This document shows positions 63,362 through 64,000 of a DNA stretch of 64,000 nucleotides, piece after piece. The notes under the pieces were generated by a model. The model saw only the letters and a program-made list of their open reading frames with translations. It did no database searches and was not told the origin of the DNA. This DNA is from Castellaniella sp. Its GTDB lineage: Bacteria > Pseudomonadota > Gammaproteobacteria > Burkholderiales > Burkholderiaceae_B. Within the stretch, counting starts at the first letter, position 1, and each line of letters opens with the position of its first letter. A program made the translations under genes and the position numbers. The stretch is taken from contig NZ_JAUCDS010000013.1 in assembly GCF_034674885.1 (NCBI RefSeq), forward strand, positions 15,334 to 79,333. Reading direction: 5' to 3'.

Positions 63362-63919
63362 ATGAGCACCCACGATGTGAATCAGGCCCTGCTGGCAGCC
63401 GGCGCCAGCCTGCTGCTGATCATCGACATGCAGGAGAAACTGCTGCCGGCGATCCGGGAGACCGATGCCCTGAGGGGGCGGGTGGCCCGCCTGGCCCAGG
63501 CAGCCCGCCTGTTGTCCGTTCCCGTCTGGGCTACGGAACACTGGTCCCAGAAGATCGGTCCGACTCATGCCGATCTGCTTCCCCATATCGATCGGACCGT
63601 TGCCAAGACGCATTTCAACGCCTGCCGCGAAGCCGCTTTTCTGTCGCGGTGGCCGGTGGGGCGCACCCGAGTGTTGTTGGCAGGCACGGAAGCCCACATC
63701 TGCGTGTTACAAACTGGCCTGGGCCTGGCGCAGGCCGGCTACGAGCCGGTGCTGGTCGCCGATGGCATCGGCTCCCGGCGCGAATCCGATCGGCTGGCGG
63801 CCTGCGAACGCTGGCGCCGGTATGGTCTGGAAATCGTCACATCCGAGATGGCGCTGTATGAATGGCTTGAAACCCCGGCGCATCCGGCCTTTCGCGACGT
63901 GCTGGCCCTGGTGAAATGA
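63362..63919 (+). CDS. Isochorismatase-family (YcaC-like) hydrolase
   Basis: IDMQEKL, TEH, KTHF, GTEAHICVLQT, EMALYEW. Confidence 0.88.
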   Translation: MSTHDVNQALLAAGASLLLIIDMQEKLLPAIRETDALRGRVARLAQAARLLSVPVWATEHWSQKIGPTHADLLPHIDRTVAKTHFNACREAAFLSRWPVGRTRVLLAGTEAHICVLQTGLGLAQAGYEPVLVADGIGSRRESDRLAACERWRRYGLEIVTSEMALYEWLETPAHPAFRDVLALVK

Positions 63920-64000
63920 CGGCTCCCCGGGCTGCCTTGCGGCCTGGATTGAAACAACTGTAGCCTCGGCTCACAGTTTCCACCCGGGGGCCGGGTTATA

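Noticed and set aside
63920-64000. Possible regulatory element at the window end
   Set aside because: Truncated by the window edge; not enough sequence to support a call.

Overview
GC-rich (roughly two-thirds G+C by eye) betaproteobacterial core-chromosome segment; gene content and order point to Alcaligenaceae (Bordetella/Castellaniella-like; inference). About 55 tightly packed, mostly housekeeping genes: two branched-chain-amino-acid-type (Liv) ABC operons plus the tail of a third binding protein, nth-rnfB, phaZ, fdxA, relA, trpBA-accD, LysR-mdtJI, rne/rluC, the yceD-rpmF-plsX-fabHDG-acpP-fabF cluster, rpoE-rseAB-degP, lepA-lepB-rnc-era-recO, rarD, yccA, holC-pepA, lptF, LysR-mmsA, cysB, DUF2325, NlpC/P60, pabC-pabB, a double-length UvrA, a GT2 glycosyltransferase, ettA and an isochorismatase-family hydrolase. 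I found no rRNA, tRNA, CRISPR array, transposase, integrase or phage gene. The most unusual signal is a small GC-rich palindromic element. One copy sits in the livG/livF ATGA overlap, duplicates 13 bp of the junction, and creates a 24-aa bridging ORF that keeps stop/start overlaps on both sides. A second, 1.5-copy member supplies the 3' end of rarD. Also notable: an unannotated 42-aa very basic gene with its own promoter, RBS and terminator; an asymmetric tandem UvrA coupled to pabB; lptF without an adjacent lptG; and a Fur-box-preceded DUF2325 with a CxxCxxC tail. Start codons were often moved from the ORF-track starts; gene calls rest on motif recognition, not database searches.
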